Shown: one piece after another, positions 36,643 to 49,765 of the stretch | Layout: each line of letters begins with the position of its first letter | Numbering within the stretch: the first letter of the stretch is position 1 | From: Octopus bimaculoides | Taxonomy: Eukaryota | Direction of reading: 5' to 3' | NCBI RefSeq assembly: GCF_001194135.2 | Contig: NC_068994.1 | Coordinates: 15,068,719-15,120,941 of the forward strand | Length of the DNA stretch: 52,223 nucleotides | Notes under the pieces: generated by a model | What the model was told of the DNA's origin: nothing | Databases searched by the model: none | Seen by the model: the letters and a program-made list of their open reading frames with translations, nothing else | Translations under genes and position numbers: made by a program

Positions 36643-39153
36643 NNNNNNNNNNNNNNNNNNNNNNNNNNNNNNNNNNNNNNNNNNNNNNNNNNNNNNNNNN
36701 NNNNNNNNNNNNNNNNNNNNNNNNNNNNNNNNNNNNNNNNNNNNNNNNNNNNNNNNNNNNNNNNNNNNNNNNNNNNNNNNNNNNNNNNNNNNNNNNNNNN
36801 NNNNNNNNNNNNNNNNNNNNNNNNNNNNNNNNNNNNNNNNNNNNNNNNNNNNNNNNNNNNNNNNNNNNNNNNNNNNNNNNNNNNNNNNNNNNNNNNNNNN
36901 NNNNNNNNNNNNNNNNNNNNNNNNNNNNNNNNNNNNNNNNNNNNNNNNNNNNNNNNNNNNNNNNNNNNNNNNNNNNNNNNNNNNNNNNNNNNNNNNNNNN
37001 NNNNNNNNNNNNNNNNNNNNNNNNNNNNNNNNNNNNNNNNNNNNNNNNNNNNNNNNNNNNNNNNNNNNNNNNNNNNNNNNNNNNNNNNNNNNNNNNNNNN
37101 NNNNNNNNNNNNNNNNNNNNNNNNNNNNNNNNNNNNNNNNNNNNNNNNNNNNNNNNNNNNNNNNNNNNNNNNNNNNNNNNNNNNNNNNNNNNNNNNNNNN
37201 NNNNNNNNNNNNNNNNNNNNNNNNNNNNNNNNNNNNNNNNNNNNNNNNNNNNNNNNNNNNNNNNNNNNNNNNNNNNNNNNNNNNNNNNNNNNNNNNNNNN
37301 NNNNNNNNNNNNNNNNNNNNNNNNNNNNNNNNNNNNNNNNNNNNNNNNNNNNNNNNNNNTATATATAGGGACTCAATTCAGTTGTTGATCGCTTGTTTTA
37401 AATTCCTAACTGTTCACATAAAAAAAATTCATGTATATAAATATATTTACGTATTCCTTTATTTCGACTTTTACTTCAACGAACCTTTTGGAAGTAATTT
37501 GAAAAGTATATACACAAATGATCGATTTCTTAAATAAACAAAAAATACATAAGGTATCAAGATAGCTTTGTTTATTGAAAATTAAGGGCCTTCTGAAGAT
37601 GCTATTGATCGAGAATTTATTAAATCTTTTGTGTTCATTTGTGATAAATCTGGGCAAAAATTTGCTAGTTTATTTATTATTTCCATCAAAATCGTCCATT
37701 ATCTGTCTGTTTCACATATCTTAGTATCATGTTACTGTGATAAACAACTGCTTTTTTTCTCATTATATGACGTTATATCATGACATAACAATTCACACTA
37801 TTCCGCAATTATATTGTAGAGATGAGACAACCCCCGTAGCCTTATTTAGAAGACGCATTTCAAGATGAGAAGAAACTAATTGTGTTTGCTTTTTAAGTTT
37901 TGAAAATTTATATTGAAGTTTGAAAATAATCCTTATTAAAATAACGAAGGTATTAATTAAGTATATGAATAACCTTTTGAGCACCTTAAGTTGTTGTGAA
38001 GTACATATTTGTTGATCATTCTAAGTTCAAAATTGTATAAACGTGGAAGAGCAGTGCCCTGTGAGCCTTCTGAGGCTCTCCTAAACCAGTGCTTCTATAA
38101 ACAGATTCAAGTTCCCATATGTATCACTTAGAGTGCACTCTTGAAGGTCAGGGTCAAATGGTTGTTTATTACAATCTTATTTTATGTCTACTGTTTTAAT
38201 CTATTGTGGCTAGGTATTCTTCCATAAAATTTATGAGTTACTGGTTTTTATATTTCGTTTAGTTTAATATAATTATAGGTTAATGTTTACTTTTATAATC
38301 TTATAATATTCTATTATAGCAAAGAGAGGTTTCATAAGTATTAAAAAAATGACACTGTAACACGATTTTTGTCCTTGGGTAGCAACTGTTATTTCATATT
38401 TGCTTACCCCTAGAAGATATGGAAAATGGCTAATATTTCCTTCAAAGTTTGCTTTTGTTACACCTATTCAAATCCCAGAGAATCCCTCTCAACACATGGC
38501 TATGATGCTCCCCAACTACTTGCTCATGATCAGAGACGTACATATTGTCAGCCACCAACGGACATGCTCGAGTGATTAAGGTCATGCAACTGGCAAGCAA
38601 ACCCTGGTATTGAAAAGAATATTTGCTATAATATTTCTGCTTCAGCAATTTCAGCGCTAAATCTGTCAGAAATCTTATGGAAAATAGGTCAAAACATTGA
38701 TGTCCTTGTCACAAAAGCAAAGTTTGAAGGGAATAGTTTTGTCATTTCTTTTGATTTCTAGACAAAAATAAATAAGATCATAACACTTACTGACCAAAAA
38801 AAGGTAAATAAATAAATAATAATAATAATAATAAAGCTTTTGTAACACAGTGTAATTAGTTAAGAGACGTCTCAAATAGGCTAGTGACACATTTAAAATA
38901 TGCTAAAGGTGATGTACTGAATGTTGTTTTTCAATTTCTCTTGAAGTTGGAGAAAGAAAACAAAAACCTGATGGCAGATAATAGTAATTCTCAAAGAAAA
39001 GGAGAGATAATTCAGAGAAATCAAGAATAAACTTTACTAAATTAAGTTATATACTTTGATGGCTTTTCTTTAGTAAGGGGACTATTGACAGGTTTCAGTG
39101 TTATCAGACTTCATCATTTTTTTATAAATAGAAAAATTATAAAGATTTTTGCC

Positions 39154-39190
<37 letters not shown>

Positions 39191-39200
39191 ATCACATCAC

Positions 39201-39790
39201 TTCTAAGTTTATTTTTATAGATTTCTTCCTTTAGAATTAGAGCCAACACTGCAAATTATGACATTTCATAAGTGAATACATTTATATAAACACTGCAATC
39301 AAAGATAGAAAAAATAGGCAATAGGTGTATATACATATTTCAAAAGTTACTGTTCTTTCATCAGCACCACATCCAACCCGTCGACTATCCACAAACACAT
39401 TGCTTAAATACTCACTAAGTTTAGTGATGTAACACAATTGGATAGACTAATTTACATATTAAACGCATTCTTGGCAACTGGTACGTACATATCAATTGCT
39501 GGCAAAGGCACAGTATTTTGTTGTGCAAATATAATATACTACCAAGTATATTTAAAGGTTCACAAGTCAATATTGTCTTACCTTGTGTTAGCAGTGTCGA
39601 GTATTCACTTTTAAGTTTATCTCTGTAGGTTTCCTATAGAATTCAGAGCCAGCATTGCAAGTTACAACATTTCATAAATGAATACAGTGTGAGTGAAGAT
39701 AGGAAAAAAAAAATAGGTAATGGGTGTATATGCATATTTCAAGAGTTATTGCTCTTTCATCAGCACCACATCAACTATCCATGAACACAT
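39201..39790. repeat. Diverged local direct duplication (~200 bp; 39201-39400 and 39609-39790)
   Basis: Shared taagtttat, agaatt.agagcca, acatttcataa.tgaataca, aaaaaatagg and ctttcatcagcaccacatc. Confidence 0.8.
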
Positions 39791-39847
39791 GTGTACATGG
39801 AGCCAGTGGCATTTAGATGAAATTAAATAAGGACTAATTAAACAATG

Positions 39848-40186
39848 GTGAAAGCTCATGACTCAGTGGTTATAGCATTGGGCTCACAATCATGAGCTAG
39901 TTGTTTGATTCCTGGACCGGGCTGTGTGTTGTGTTCTTCAGCAAGACACTGTATTTCACGTTGCTCCAGTTCACTCAGCTGTAGAAATGAGTTGCGGCAT
40001 CACTGGTGCCAAGCTGTACCAGCTTTTCCTTTTTCCCTTGAGTAACATCAGTGGTGTGGAGAGGGGAGGCTGGTATGCTTGGGCAACTGCTAGTCTTCCA
40101 TAAATAACCTTGCTCAGTCTTGTACCTCAGAGGATAACTTTCTAGGTACAATGCCATGGTCGTTCATGACCAAAGGGGATCTTTAC
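39848..40186 (+). mobile_element. Distinct tRNA-derived SINE (type D)
   Basis: A-box-like tgactcagtgg and B-box-like gtttgattcc, then gtgttcttcagcaagacact...ttgctccagttcactcagctgtag central domain. Confidence 0.7.
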
Positions 40187-40444
40187 CTTCTTTTAATTAA
40201 GTAATGACATCCACTTAAAATTCTCAGTTAGTTGAAATTAGATTGCATAGAGCTTGGTGTATAGCTACGATTAGCCTATAAAATGAATGAAATATATGAA
40301 ATAAAATATTCTTTTCTACATAAGTAATCCAATATTATATGTTGTCTAACAATATCAAAATGCCAAACTCACAAGTTTTTGTGCCTATCCTTATTCCATG
40401 GTCATTAATTTTAGGTAATGACTGAAAGGTGTTCACGAATACAA

Positions 40445-40810
40445 GCAGCAAAAAATGGGGTTCCTCTAAAGGATCTTTGGAGTGACATTACTTGACAGGG
40501 TATGTAGCTCAGAGATCAGGATGTCTCTCCAGTTTGAGCTGCCACTTCTCTGCATTGAGAAGTTACAGCTCTTGTACTACGGCGTGTGATTAGAATGTTG
40601 CAGCAAAGAATCGCAAGACGGATACTTCAAGCCAAACCAATTGACAGGAGATCTAGGAAGTAGAATAAGATGGTTTGATAATATCCATAGTCTCAATTGG
40701 TTATGCTTGGGAATCTAGCCGGAAAGTGTAATAGGACCCTATGAAAGCGGTGTCTGAAGACTCTATTCCCGTGACCTTCCCTTGAATAGTGGTCAGAGAA
40801 GATGGATATA
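40445..40810 (+). mobile_element. RTE-clade LINE 3' fragment (second lineage)
   Basis: KMGFL*RIFGVTLLDRVCSSEIRMSLQFELPLLCIEKLQLLYYG, then after frameshifts VIRMLQQRIARRILQAKP and RIRWFDNIHSLNWLCLGI. Confidence 0.85.
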
Positions 40811-40910
40811 AATTTATGTCCAAGTTCTGATAAAAATGTTACTACCTTCTTTTTCAAAGTTGGAAATTTATTTATTTTGAATAAATTCCAATATTTTGTA
40901 TTTGATGACT

Positions 40911-41123
40911 AAGGTAAGCTAGCTGGCAGAATTGTTGGTATGCCAGGCAAAATGTTTAGCAGCCTTTCATCCATCTATACCTTCTGGGTTCAAAATCCAC
41001 CAAGGGTGACTTTGCCTTACATCCTTTCAGGGTCAATAAAATAAGTACCAGTTGAGCAATAGGATCCATGTAATCTACTTACCCCCAAACTTGCTGGCCT
41101 TGTACCAAAATTTGAAACCAAGT
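40911..41123 (+). mobile_element. SINE type A (tail variant 1) with a 17-bp TSD (1 mismatch)
   Basis: ttttgta(t/c)ttgatgact at 40894-40910 and 41124-41140. Confidence 0.88.
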
Positions 41124-42704
41124 TTTTGTACTTGATGACTGGTGATAGTATATAATACATTGCGTGATAGTATATACTCAAATGGCTTGGAGTTTATCTT
41201 TCTCCTTTTCACCATTTTCTTTGCTTTGTATATTCACCTTGACTACCACTATTCAGTAGTTGGTCATTTTGTTCTTGTGTAAGCATTCTTTGATCTTAAC
41301 TCACAAACATTCAATTTCATCATACTTGTCAGTTGTGAAGCAAATGACAAATTCAATAAATCTATACCTCTTGCTTTTCTCCTATCGTCTGAACTGCTAC
41401 TGCTGGATGAAGCTCGACTTAGTGTATTTCCTTTGTTGACAATCCATTGTTATCTGATTTCAGTTGTCAAAATTCCTTGCTATTATTCTGCATTTGTTTT
41501 TCAAGTCATCATCTTGATAACAGAAGTATTCGAGTAGGCATAGGTTTTTAATATGAACTGAGTAGACATTCTTTTATTGTGGCATACTTTTTAAGCTCTT
41601 GAAAATGGCTGTACTTTGCAATTCGTTTGTATTTATCAGAGCTGGCTGGTTTCGTGCCATCTCCATTCAAACCCTCTTAGCTCACCCATTTGTGCTTCTC
41701 TCATCACTCGTGTAAGCCTCTTCTCCATACTCTACACTAACCACTCCACCTAGGCTCTCCTCTCCCTCCACCCCGAACATCTGCTCTTTAGAATTCCCTC
41801 CTGCTTGTTTTTTAGTCTTTTTGTTCATACATCTTCAAGAGGAACCTTAACTTCATTAATCTTACCTCAGTATCAGAAGGTCTGCTAGGACTATAGGCAC
41901 AGCCCTTTCATCTGAACCAAAACCATTTCAAAAATCTGACTAAGCTTTTTGTGTATTCATTTAGCAAATTGTCTTGGAAGCCAAAAAGAAATTCTAAATT
42001 CAGAATCCATGTGGTTATCTTAGCATTTTGTCTTTTAGTGTTCAGCATAATAGTATTTTCCCATTAATATATTAGTCTGTAACTAGATTCTTAAATTTTA
42101 GCAGCCTACTGCATAACATTCTTTTTTGTTTACTTTTACTGATGTTATCAGTACACAACTGCTAATATCCATTTCTTCATCTTCAGCTTATTCTATTAAA
42201 GAAAATGGCATTATCTTTTGTTTCTAGAAACTCTTCTTAGTTATCTGTCTGCTTTCTTTAAGCCTATTAATGCATGTAACATCGTTACTTATGTGGGTTG
42301 TTCAACAGTCTTGTCGATCTGTTTGACTATTTACAGTACTGTCTATTTTGTGTGGAATTAAACATATTTTACAGAAGTCTGAACACAAATTTATCGAGAG
42401 ATAACTGTGTACAACTTTTGTGTCTTTGCAAAGGAAGTGTATACTAGATTTTAAGGGAATTATTTTGTTCGTATCTTGATTTGAACTTAGACATTTAGTT
42501 CTGCAAAATGTGTCATAAAAATTGACATTGGTACAAAAATCGCTCTGTGTACTTTGGAACTGTCAATTTGTCATCATTCACACAATTTTACTAGTAAATT
42601 TGATGCTTTCATCAGCTGTGTGATTTGTAATACTGCCATTCTCTTCGTTCAGTTTTCCTTTATTAATATATGTGAGACCTGTGGATATATGAATATTTAA
42701 TGCT

Positions 42705-43058
42705 TAGAAAAGCCTTGTTTTGCAACTATGTGGTTTCAGGTTCAGTCCCACTTCTCAGCACCTTGGGCAAGTGCCTTCTCTTATAACTCTGGGCTGATCA
42801 ATGCTTTGTGAGTGAATTTGACAGATGGAGACTGTGGAAGCTACATTGTATATGTCTAATGTTTATTTCCTTGGTGTTTGACAACTAGTGTTGTTTTGTT
42901 TACTTGCCTACAATGTAGCTGTTCATTAAAAGAGATGAATAGAATAAATACCAGATTTAAAAAAAACAGTACTAGAGGCAATTTGTTCAACTAAACCCTT
43001 CCTGGCAGTGCCACAGCATGGTCGTAGTCATATGACTGAAACAAGTAAAAGCTAAGAT
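42705..43058 (+). mobile_element. Full-length degenerate SINE type C with tail X
   Basis: ggttcagtcccac...caccttgggcaagtg head; cagcatggtcgtagtcatatgactgaaacaagtaaaag tail. Confidence 0.8.
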
Positions 43059-44257
43059 ATACTGTAAAAGTAAATAACTGTTAGTTTGTAACTTACTTTT
43101 TCTTTTATTTGTCTTTGGTTGAGTATAATGTATAACTCTATGAACTTCACAGTAGTAGTGCTCACTGACTGGTTAAATTACTAAGTAAATATACCAATGT
43201 AAAGTTGTTAGCCTACAATAAAAGAATTAATAACAGTATCTTGTAGTTTCCTTATCAATTCTTTGGAAACTATCAACATTTAGTGTCTTTATCTAGCTTG
43301 TGTCATTCTTTTTGATAACTAGGTTTTCTGGTTGTCTTTAGATAAAACAGTGTATTTGTTGTCTCAAGAGTTGAGGCTTTGTTGAAATGAACTGCTTACT
43401 GTCACAGCTTTAGAATGAAATTATTGCATTTATTTCATTTATTAGGTTCACACACATCTAATTTATACAAAGAAATTTTTTTCTTTTTAGTATAGCTATG
43501 TTTTTTTTATTTTTATATAGCCTTGACAACGTATATTAAATTTATTCATATGGTTCTAATAAATGAAACTAATACTGCTTTGGTTTTGTAGCAACTTTTG
43601 TCAGCTTAGTTTAAATTTTAGTTTCATTTTCTCTATTTTAACAACAGTCAGATCTTGGTTATCTAAACAGCTATTAATCCAAATAGATGTCTTCAATTAT
43701 CAGCTATCCAAATCAGTGATGTTGTCATTCTTTCTTGATTTTGTTCCGAGTTGCTATCTGAGCAAAATCTCAAGTTCCTGTGAATATTTAATTAGCCGTG
43801 TTGTTTGTAACCTGAACTCACAGTTAATGCTGGTGCTATCATTTTATCTTTTATCTGCAATAATTAAAAGTGACTTTGAATTACTGAAGAACATGTAAAA
43901 ATGTTACATCAAAGAGGTCTGTTACAGACACTGGTGTGACAATCGCATCTTTCATTTAGTTATTAAAAGTAACATTGTGTCCAAAGGCCTACTAGTTTGT
44001 TGGCCACTTTATACTGTGCTAAATTAATTTTGGCACATAAGAATGATTGACATGCTGAAAAATTTAAAAGCATGGCTAAATCAGTGATGTTTCCTTTGAC
44101 TCAACAACTTGTTCTGAATATGTATCTATTACAAGTAATCAAGTTGCTGTTACTATGTCTGTGAAAAGAAAATGAACACCATTAACCATCAAGTAAAAAA
44201 AAAAAATGTAATTTTACATCTGGATCATGGTGAAAAGACATACATGATTGTATAGGA

Positions 44258-44514
44258 CAAGGGTTTTCAAACTGTGGTCCCTGGACCACAGGGGGTACGT
44301 GGACAGCAAATACTTTTTATGGGCAATTTGATTTTGTTTTTTAATCGAAATCTTTTAATTGACAATAAATCTATTTGTTAAATACCGTTAAATAAATAAA
44401 TGTAAAAATATATGTTATTTTAAGCAAATATTTATGTATAAATTTCATAAGCGTTTATAAGGTAAAGCCTGAAATATAAAGGGGTCTGCAAGTCAAAAAG
44501 TTTGAAAACCCCTG
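44258..44514 (+). mobile_element. 257-bp non-autonomous hAT (Charlie-like) MITE
   Basis: TIRs CA(A/G)GGGTTTTCAAAC and a perfect 8-bp TSD GTATAGGA (44250-44257, 44515-44522); 8-bp TSDs are typical of hAT. Confidence 0.93.
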
Positions 44515-45261
44515 GTATAGGAGTATAACATTTAAAACTCGTACAAAAAACAACAAACTCTGTATATATGCATTTTTATGAAAATTATGTTCAGTGTGGT
44601 GTCCTTGGTTTACAACCAGACCAGATATCTGTACAAAATACACCCTACCTAACTTGTTTGGGTAATTGAGGTCTAATTGTGTACCCTTTTAAAAATTTTC
44701 CTCATCTTATCTTAATCATCTTAGACGGGAAAATTATGGCCTATACTCAGAATCTTCCCCTATATTTTAATCAGTTTCACTTATCAGTGCTTGATTCATC
44801 ACTTTTTAACTGATAGTATATCTGTATAATTAGCATATGATTATTATGTAATGTGAAAATTTGAGAGAAATTACTCATATTTTCATATAATAACTGATTC
44901 AGAATTCAAAGGAGGATATAAACTGAAAAACAAATAGCAGTTGAAATTAGCACAGTCCTAGAAAGTAATTGCACTAGCATCTGCTGTCTTTCTGAACATT
45001 GTTCTCATTATGAAAGAAAGATATTGATTGTACACAAAAGGAAAAAAAATGGAAAGAAAAAAAAAAATCTCAGTGAGCAAATACATGCATAAATTTATTT
45101 AAGATGGGTAGGGTTTCTTTCATTCTATTGCATCAATGATTTAATCTCATTGATCTCTCAAATACATTAAATATTTCTAGCCAGTTTAGGGGATGATGAT
45201 ATAGCTGTGTTTCTTAACACCAACGTGTTTTATTACATAAAAAAAAATTTAACTGGGACAC

Positions 45262-45606
45262 AAGGATGACTATTTGGTTTAAGTAGTTCACTTTGCAGTG
45301 ATATGATTCTAGTTTCAACAACCCCTCTACATGTAACTTTGGGGAAGTGACTTCTGCCAAAGTCTTAGTTTTACCAAAACATTGTCGGGGGAATGTTCAA
45401 AGGCAACTATTGGAGAAGTCCAATGCAGAAGGAACCAAATTGGTGTAGCAAACAAAATTGCCTTGTGCTATACATGTTTCCTTTTATATCAGCTAACTTA
45501 CTCTTCATTTCTTACAAGGTCGGTAAAATAGGTACGAGACAAAACATTTCAAGGTAATTCTCCAACATGGCTGCAGTTCAAAGCCTGAAACGGAAAAAAA
45601 GAATAA
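45262..45606 (+). mobile_element. Highly degenerate SINE type C
   Basis: actttggggaagtgacttctg head remnant; ctccaacatggctgcagttcaaagcctgaaac tail. Confidence 0.5.
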
Positions 45607-45627
45607 CAGGCATGACTTTGTCATTAG

Positions 45628-45848
45628 CCCTTTTGTTACTGTATTTATTCTGAGATGCTCTGTGTTTCTTTCAATTACTTTAAATGTAATAAAGAATTTA
45701 GTAAAATAACTTCAGTTATCATTCAGCTAGTGTTCGAAACATAAATTGTGACTAAGGTTTGGTGGAAGACTTTAATTCAAAACTTATGAAAACAAGACAT
45801 TTGTACTCAGAGCCAGAGCCGGTTTCAGCTAGGTTGGTAATGAAAGGG
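45628..45848. mobile_element. 221-bp MITE with CCCTTT...TTAC TIRs and TTAA-type target (piggyBac-like, second family)
   Basis: ttag|cccttttgttactg ... ggtaatgaaaggg|ttaa. Confidence 0.75.
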
Positions 45849-45855
45849 TTAAGAA

Positions 45856-46175
45856 GGTCAGTTTGCAATCACATGGTTATAGGTTTGATCCTGTTGCATA
45901 CCATCTTGGTTGACTAATATCTTGTGAATGAAATTTAGAAGTGAACTTCATCATATCTGTATGTGTGCATATCAATGTGAGGTGAATAAATTCATTTCAC
46001 TGTGATGGACAAAAATATCTTGTGTTTAGTTCTAATTGCATCATCTCTCTTTACATGCACTAAAATCAACTTGCCTTTTGTTTCTTACAAGACAGTAAGA
46101 ATAAGTACAAGATAATAAACTAATACCTCTCAAGCTGGTGCTCCAGCATGACTACAGTCTATGAACTATGAAATC
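45856..46175 (+). mobile_element. Degenerate SINE type C remnant
   Basis: tttgcaatcacatggttataggtttgatcc head; ggtgctccagcatgactacagtc tail. Confidence 0.45.
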
Positions 46176-46203
46176 ACTGCTTAATGTTATTGTAGTTTTA
46201 TAT

Positions 46204-46578
46204 GTGGAGGCGCAATGGCCCAGTGGTTAGGGCAGCGGACTCGCGGTCATAGGATCGCGGTTTCAATTCCCAGACCGGGCGTTGTGAGTGTTTATTGAGC
46301 GAAAACGCCTAAATTTCCACAAGGCTCCGGCAGGGGATGGTGGCGAACCCTGCTGTACTCTTCCACCACAACTTTCTCTTACTCTTACTTCCTGTTTCTG
46401 TTGTGCCTGTAATTCAAAGGGTCAGCCTTGTCATGCTGAATATCCCCGAGAACTATGTTAAGGGTACACGTGTCAGTGGTGTGCTCAGCCACTTGCACAT
46501 TAATTTCACGAGCAGGCTGTTTCGTTGATTGGGTCAACTGGAACCCTTGACATCGTAAGCGACGGAGTGCCAACAACA
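46204..46578 (+). mobile_element. SINE type B with a 7-bp TSD
   Basis: gtggaggcgcaatggcccagtggttagggcagcggactc...gtttcaattcc; TSD TTTATAT at 46197-46203 and 46579-46585. Confidence 0.93.
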
Positions 46579-46605
46579 TTTATATATTTACATGTGTGTG
46601 TGTGT

Positions 46606-47463
46606 AGTGTCCAGACTGAATTTGACAGGTAGCTTAAAAGGAAAAAAAAGCACAGTATTCCATCCAAAAGTAAAAGTATTTTAAAAAGCCAAAAACTATC
46701 AACTAGATTATGGCTAAGCGATAACAGTTTACTCAGCTTCCCCCCATAGCCTCATGAAGGCTCTGAAACCTGGCACATATGTTGCTCAGTGTCCCTGGGC
46801 AGATCCTCAAACCTCTCCTTGATCTTGGCCACCAGCTTGGCCTCGGTGTTGCAGGCAGAACAATTGGTGTCTTTCTCAACCACACCCCACACATAGTAAG
46901 CTATGGAATTACAATCAGGGTAACTAGGAAACCAGAAATTAGGGCTGGTGGAATCATAGAAATTCTCCAACAACCACTTCTGACTCTTTCTGGAGGTATG
47001 ACCAGGAGCTAAATCCTGCTGCCACACATATGGCCTTCCAGCAGTAACTCTCTTCAACCAGAGTTTGATCACTCTAGCAGCTTTACATAGCCATCTGAAT
47101 TGTGCCTAAGGCCCTGTTCAAGCATGTGGGAATGAATTCCAGTGTGCAGAAACAATCAGAATGCCTACCATGTTCTTTCCTGCTGGCCACAGCTTTACAG
47201 TCTTTATTACAGCTATCTATGTCATGTCTTACTTTGACACTGTTCTCAGAGTATTAATCAGCTGTCATGATGTCAGCATTTTGACACCTGGTACAAATCA
47301 TGATACAGGTAACTCTTTTTCAATATTCAGATGGCTTCCAGTCCTCCATGTCAGCTAACTTTTTCTCAACTACAGCTTTAATCTTTATGCTCTCCAATAC
47401 ATCAAGCTGTTTCTAAAAAAGAGGAGACATAAAAGCAATCATCAAATTTAACCCAAACACCAT
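46606..47463 (-). mobile_element. Internally deleted Tc1/mariner DD37D (maT-type) transposon fossil
   Basis: N-terminal remnant MEDWKPSEY (~47345) joined to GLRHNSDGYVKLL and WQQDLAPGHTS...PSYPDCNSIAYYVWG. There are 37 residues between the QQD Asp and the third catalytic position (Ala here). Degenerate TIRs at ~46606-46630 and ~47441-47463. Confidence 0.88.
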
Positions 47464-48206
47464 ATGTGTAACTGACCTATTTTTGTATAACTTATTCTAT
47501 ATTTTGAGTTTCAGGGAAATATTTAGGATGTTTCTCTGAAGTAGATACTTGGAGCATTCCTTAATATATTATGTTGTTGGCTGATCTGCACTCGCTTTAA
47601 TATTATAAACATTCCTTAGCAAACTTTCAGTAATCTGGTATGAAATCTGTGCCATTATATTTCATGTCATAACATGAAATTCACTTTGTTTTTTTACTTT
47701 CTTTTTTTAAAATTTGTTTTGATCCATATATCATGTGTTTTGGTGTCATTATTTCCTAGTTTGCCTTTGTCTGATGTATGGTACCTATAATTAAATTGTC
47801 TGTTTTGAATGTACTAAACAAGTGCATTTTGTTTATGCAATGAAACTCAGTCTCTTATTTAAGAATGGCAAACCTCAAAATAGATGTAATTATTACAAAA
47901 CTAGCAGATAGAATTGTCTAAAAAAATTTCTAATATGTACAGTCTATATTAATTATTGTTATATTATTTTGACATAAAAGATTTTGATTAAAAATTCTAG
48001 CAAAACTTTTTTTTTTTTTTTGGCCCATTTAAATGATTGGACATGAATTTTTAGTTTTATTATTTGTGCCTAAAATATCCACCATAACATGTAAAATGTA
48101 TCATGTCATTGCTCTAACATTCCATCAAATAAAATTATCAGAGTTTCTACTTTAACATAAAATCAGTAATAGCTACCATCATCGACCTCTTGGAGTTTGC
48201 AATTTC

Positions 48207-48303
48207 TCTGATTGTAATCTCATAGATTATAATGTGTGGGGTGTGGTTGAGAGACATCAGCTACTTTGCCTGCAACACCAAGACCAAGCTGGTGGCCAAG
48301 ATC
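48207..48303 (+). mobile_element. Short DD37D transposase fragment
   Basis: SDCNLIDYNVWGVVER, then CNTKTKLVAKI; same family as 46606-47463, opposite strand. Confidence 0.8.
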
Positions 48304-48337
48304 ACTCTAGCCTGCGTTTTTGGTTACTCTTCATAAA

Positions 48338-48751
48338 GCAGGCAAGACTGTGTAGTAAGAAGTTTGCTTCCCAACCACAAGCTGAGTTCAGTCTCACTGT
48401 ATGGCATGTTGAACAAGTGTCTCCTACCTTAGCCCTGGGCCAACCAAAGCCTTGTGAGTAGATTTAGTAGATAGACCCTAAAAGAAGCCTGTCGTATTTG
48501 TATATATGTGTGTGTTTGTGTGTATTAACATTGTGTGATAGTTGTAAGCAAGTGTCACCATCATGCAAGCAGTGTCCTTTGTTTCCAATATTCTGTGAAA
48601 ACGTGTCTGGTGATGGAAGAAATAATACTATAATTGGAAACAGGTGAGGGTTATTGACAGGATGGTTATCTGGCCATAAAAAAAACCCACCTCAGCAAAC
48701 TCCATCTGACCCATGCAAGCATGGAAATGTGAACATTTAAAACAATGATGA
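48338..48751 (+). mobile_element. SINE type C with tail Y
   Basis: aaccaaagccttgtgagtag head; tctgacccatgcaagcatggaaatgtgaacatt...atgatga tail. Confidence 0.82.
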
Positions 48752-49349
48752 AAGCAAAACTATACTTAGATATAAGCAGTAATTATGTAATTGTGCACTT
48801 TCTAGACTATATCTCTGTCAACACGAGTGAATAATTTCACCTGCAAAGGAATCCAATTTTGGTTTTCTTTTTTCATAATTAAAAATAGGCTGTTATAAAT
48901 CCTCTTCCTAAAATAAGCACATGACTGTTAAAGGGCTACATTCTACATTCATTACTCTCTAATCCTGCTATGCATATATTGCTATGCCATTCTGCTGTAA
49001 TAATACAGGGAAGTTTGCTCATAATACATCTGAGATTGACCTGTTCATAGAAAATGATGATTCATACTACTAAAGTTCACCTGGTACAGCAATAATAATG
49101 ACTTGTACCTAAATGAAGCAAAAACCATTATCATTATTAACTGAAATAGCATTAAGTAAAATATAACCTGTAGCCAAACAGAAATGAGGCTCTGGTAAGT
49201 TGCTTTAAATTCTTTGGGCTGCAATTACTCTCAAGTTAGCTATATATCAGTTTTAAAAGAAGTTAATGAAGCTTTAGTTGTGATGATGGAAAGTTTGGAT
49301 TGAGCAAAGTATTTTATTTACTGAAAGGTTTTGACTATATCAATCATTT

Positions 49350-49765
49350 AGATTTAGTTGATTGGCTTCCCAATCATGTGGTCTTCGGTTCAGTTCCATT
49401 GTGCAGTGCCTTAGGCAAGTATTTTCCTCTATAGCTCCAGGTCAGCCAATGCATTCCAAGTGGATTTGATAGACAGAAACTGAAAGAAGCCTGTCATGTA
49501 TACATGAATGTTTATGTGTGTGTTTGGGTCTACCCTTGTCTACACATCACATAATTGTAGTAAATGAGCATCATCATACAAGTGAAGTCATTTGTTTCCT
49601 GTCTTCTGTGAAGAGCACGTCTGGCTACGGGGAAATTTAACCTTGTTTGGAAACACATAATGTTTGACAAAATGGAAGGGCATCTGACTGTAGAAAACCT
49701 GCCTCAACAAATTTTGCCTGATACGTGCATGCAAAAGAGGACCTTAGATGATGATGTTTATGATG
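49350..49765 (+). mobile_element. SINE type C with tail Y
   Basis: ggttcagttccattgtgcagtgccttaggcaagt head; ggaagggcatctgactgtagaaaacctgcc...gatgatgatg tail. Explains the 49660-49965 ORF. Confidence 0.8.

Noticed and set aside
2631-37376. Long ORFs made mostly of X
   Set aside because: They run through N-gaps (2665-3369, 6890-7310, 9914-10745, 12039-12207, 25661-25759, 31118-31689, 36643-37360).
43260-43900. Faint Penelope-like words on the minus strand (NLVIKK, ADKS) and the 111-aa plus-strand ORF
   Set aside because: Too many stops and too little similarity to support by eye; needs a profile search.
46204-46280. tRNA-like sequence with A and B boxes (also at 13390-13465 and 20230-20307)
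   Set aside because: These are SINE heads continuing into a ~300-nt body with TSDs, not tRNA genes.
48955-48990. aatcctgctatgcatat resembling the REEP exon 2 YPAYA codons
   Set aside because: Out of frame, with no upstream LVFG and no suitable acceptor.
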